A program made the position numbers and the translations under genes. The notes beneath the pieces were generated by a model. The model was not told the DNA's origin. It searched no databases and saw only the letters and a list, made by a program, of their open reading frames with translations. Positions 63,102 to 64,000 of a stretch of DNA of 64,000 bases are shown one piece after another. Numbering within the stretch: the stretch's first letter is position 1; each line of letters opens with the position of its first letter. Origin of the DNA: Klebsormidium nitens. Lineage: Eukaryota; Plantae; Klebsormidiophyceae. The stretch covers positions 62,001 to 126,000 of the forward strand of contig DF236965.1 of the NCBI GenBank assembly GCA_000708835.1, written 5' to 3'.

Positions 63102-64000
63102 GATTGAACCAAATTGGTTTGAGCCCCAGTCGGTTTTGCCCCCCGGGTCATGAGGACCACCGGGGCGGCGGGGATAGTAAGGACCCGGGAATCCTCGGAG
63201 TTCAACCGTAGGACCAGTTGAGACCGGTTGCAGTTGGGGGATCGACTCGACTACCGGCCTATGGACCATTGCACCCGAAAGTGCAAAGCGCGGTACACAC
63301 CGGACACATCCAGGAGATCTGCATTTGCAGGCTGAGGCGGTACCTCTTCGATGATGATTGCTAGGCATGTGAGCACTGAGGCTGCAGCGGCGGCCAGCCA
63401 TTCCTGTTCCTGTTCCTGTTCCTGCTTCCCCTTCGCGTTCACTGTTCAGCTGGCAGGGTTCAAGAAAAGCCTTCCAAAGAACGCCCTGGTCGACGTTGCA
63501 ACGTTAGCAAGTTGGTTGAATGCCCGGATTTCTGTGGATGCTTTAGATGTATTTGGCGAGCACTTATTCAAGAGGCTATGCTCCTGGCAAGCTCTGACTA
63601 TCTTGAGAATCAGCTACCGCAAGCTGTAGCGTTAGTTTTGGGTCGGGACAACATATTAATCTCAGAAGGACTGCAACCCCATGAGAGTGGCTGGCTGGAA
63701 CTTGTGTAAGATGGCAGGCTTTGAAGCAAGTAGAGGACACCATGAAAGGCGCGCAAGAGGATACTCTATACGACCGCCTTCTTTGTGATAGCAATCTGAG
63801 ACCGTTGTTGCAGAACTTGAAAGTGAGTGGGGTTTGCTCGAATCCAGCGTGAAGGAGTTGGGTTTACAACGTAAGTTTTGTCGTCATTGGGCGAAGCCTT
63901 GTCGTTTCAAGCAGTCCCGTCGCTCAAAGTTGTTGAAAATTGCAGCATTCAATTTGCAACAAAGTTGCACCACAGCAAGAATCTCGGCATTTAGATGTGC

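Noticed and set aside
63402-63425. (CCTGTT)n microsatellite
   Set aside because: A short ordinary simple repeat.
1-64000. CRISPR arrays, rRNA/tRNA genes, intact transposase or RT genes, prokaryotic operons
   Set aside because: None was recognised. The tandem repeats found are coding or splice-site duplications without unique spacers, and the DNA is eukaryotic.

Overview
Intron-rich eukaryotic nuclear DNA with GC-rich exons and GT-AG introns. The gene set (RLK/Pelle extensin-like kinase, plant-type PHT1 and FAAH) suggests a streptophyte, and the composition suggests a Klebsormidium-like alga; this is inference, as no database search was run. Eight multi-exon genes could be reconstructed by hand: TAF1C-like (-), an extensin-like/ALE2-family receptor kinase (+), a universal stress protein (+), CCT4 (+), a PHT1 phosphate transporter (-), a SAM-carrier-like mitochondrial-carrier-family protein (+), an ASPM/abnormal-spindle-like protein (-) and fatty acid amide hydrolase (+). 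Most short ORFs in the track are spliced exon fragments or noise. No rRNA, tRNA, CRISPR array or intact transposon was recognised. The most unusual signals concern splicing and reading frames. Two unrelated genes carry ~100-110 bp tandem duplications of a 3' splice site plus exon head that form decoy acceptors ending in stop codons. The kinase's Pro-rich stalk holds a ladder of in-frame AG|GT sites. The ASPM IQ array has an apparent 2-nt frameshift inside a 207-nt higher-order repeat. Exon boundaries are manual predictions and need transcript confirmation.
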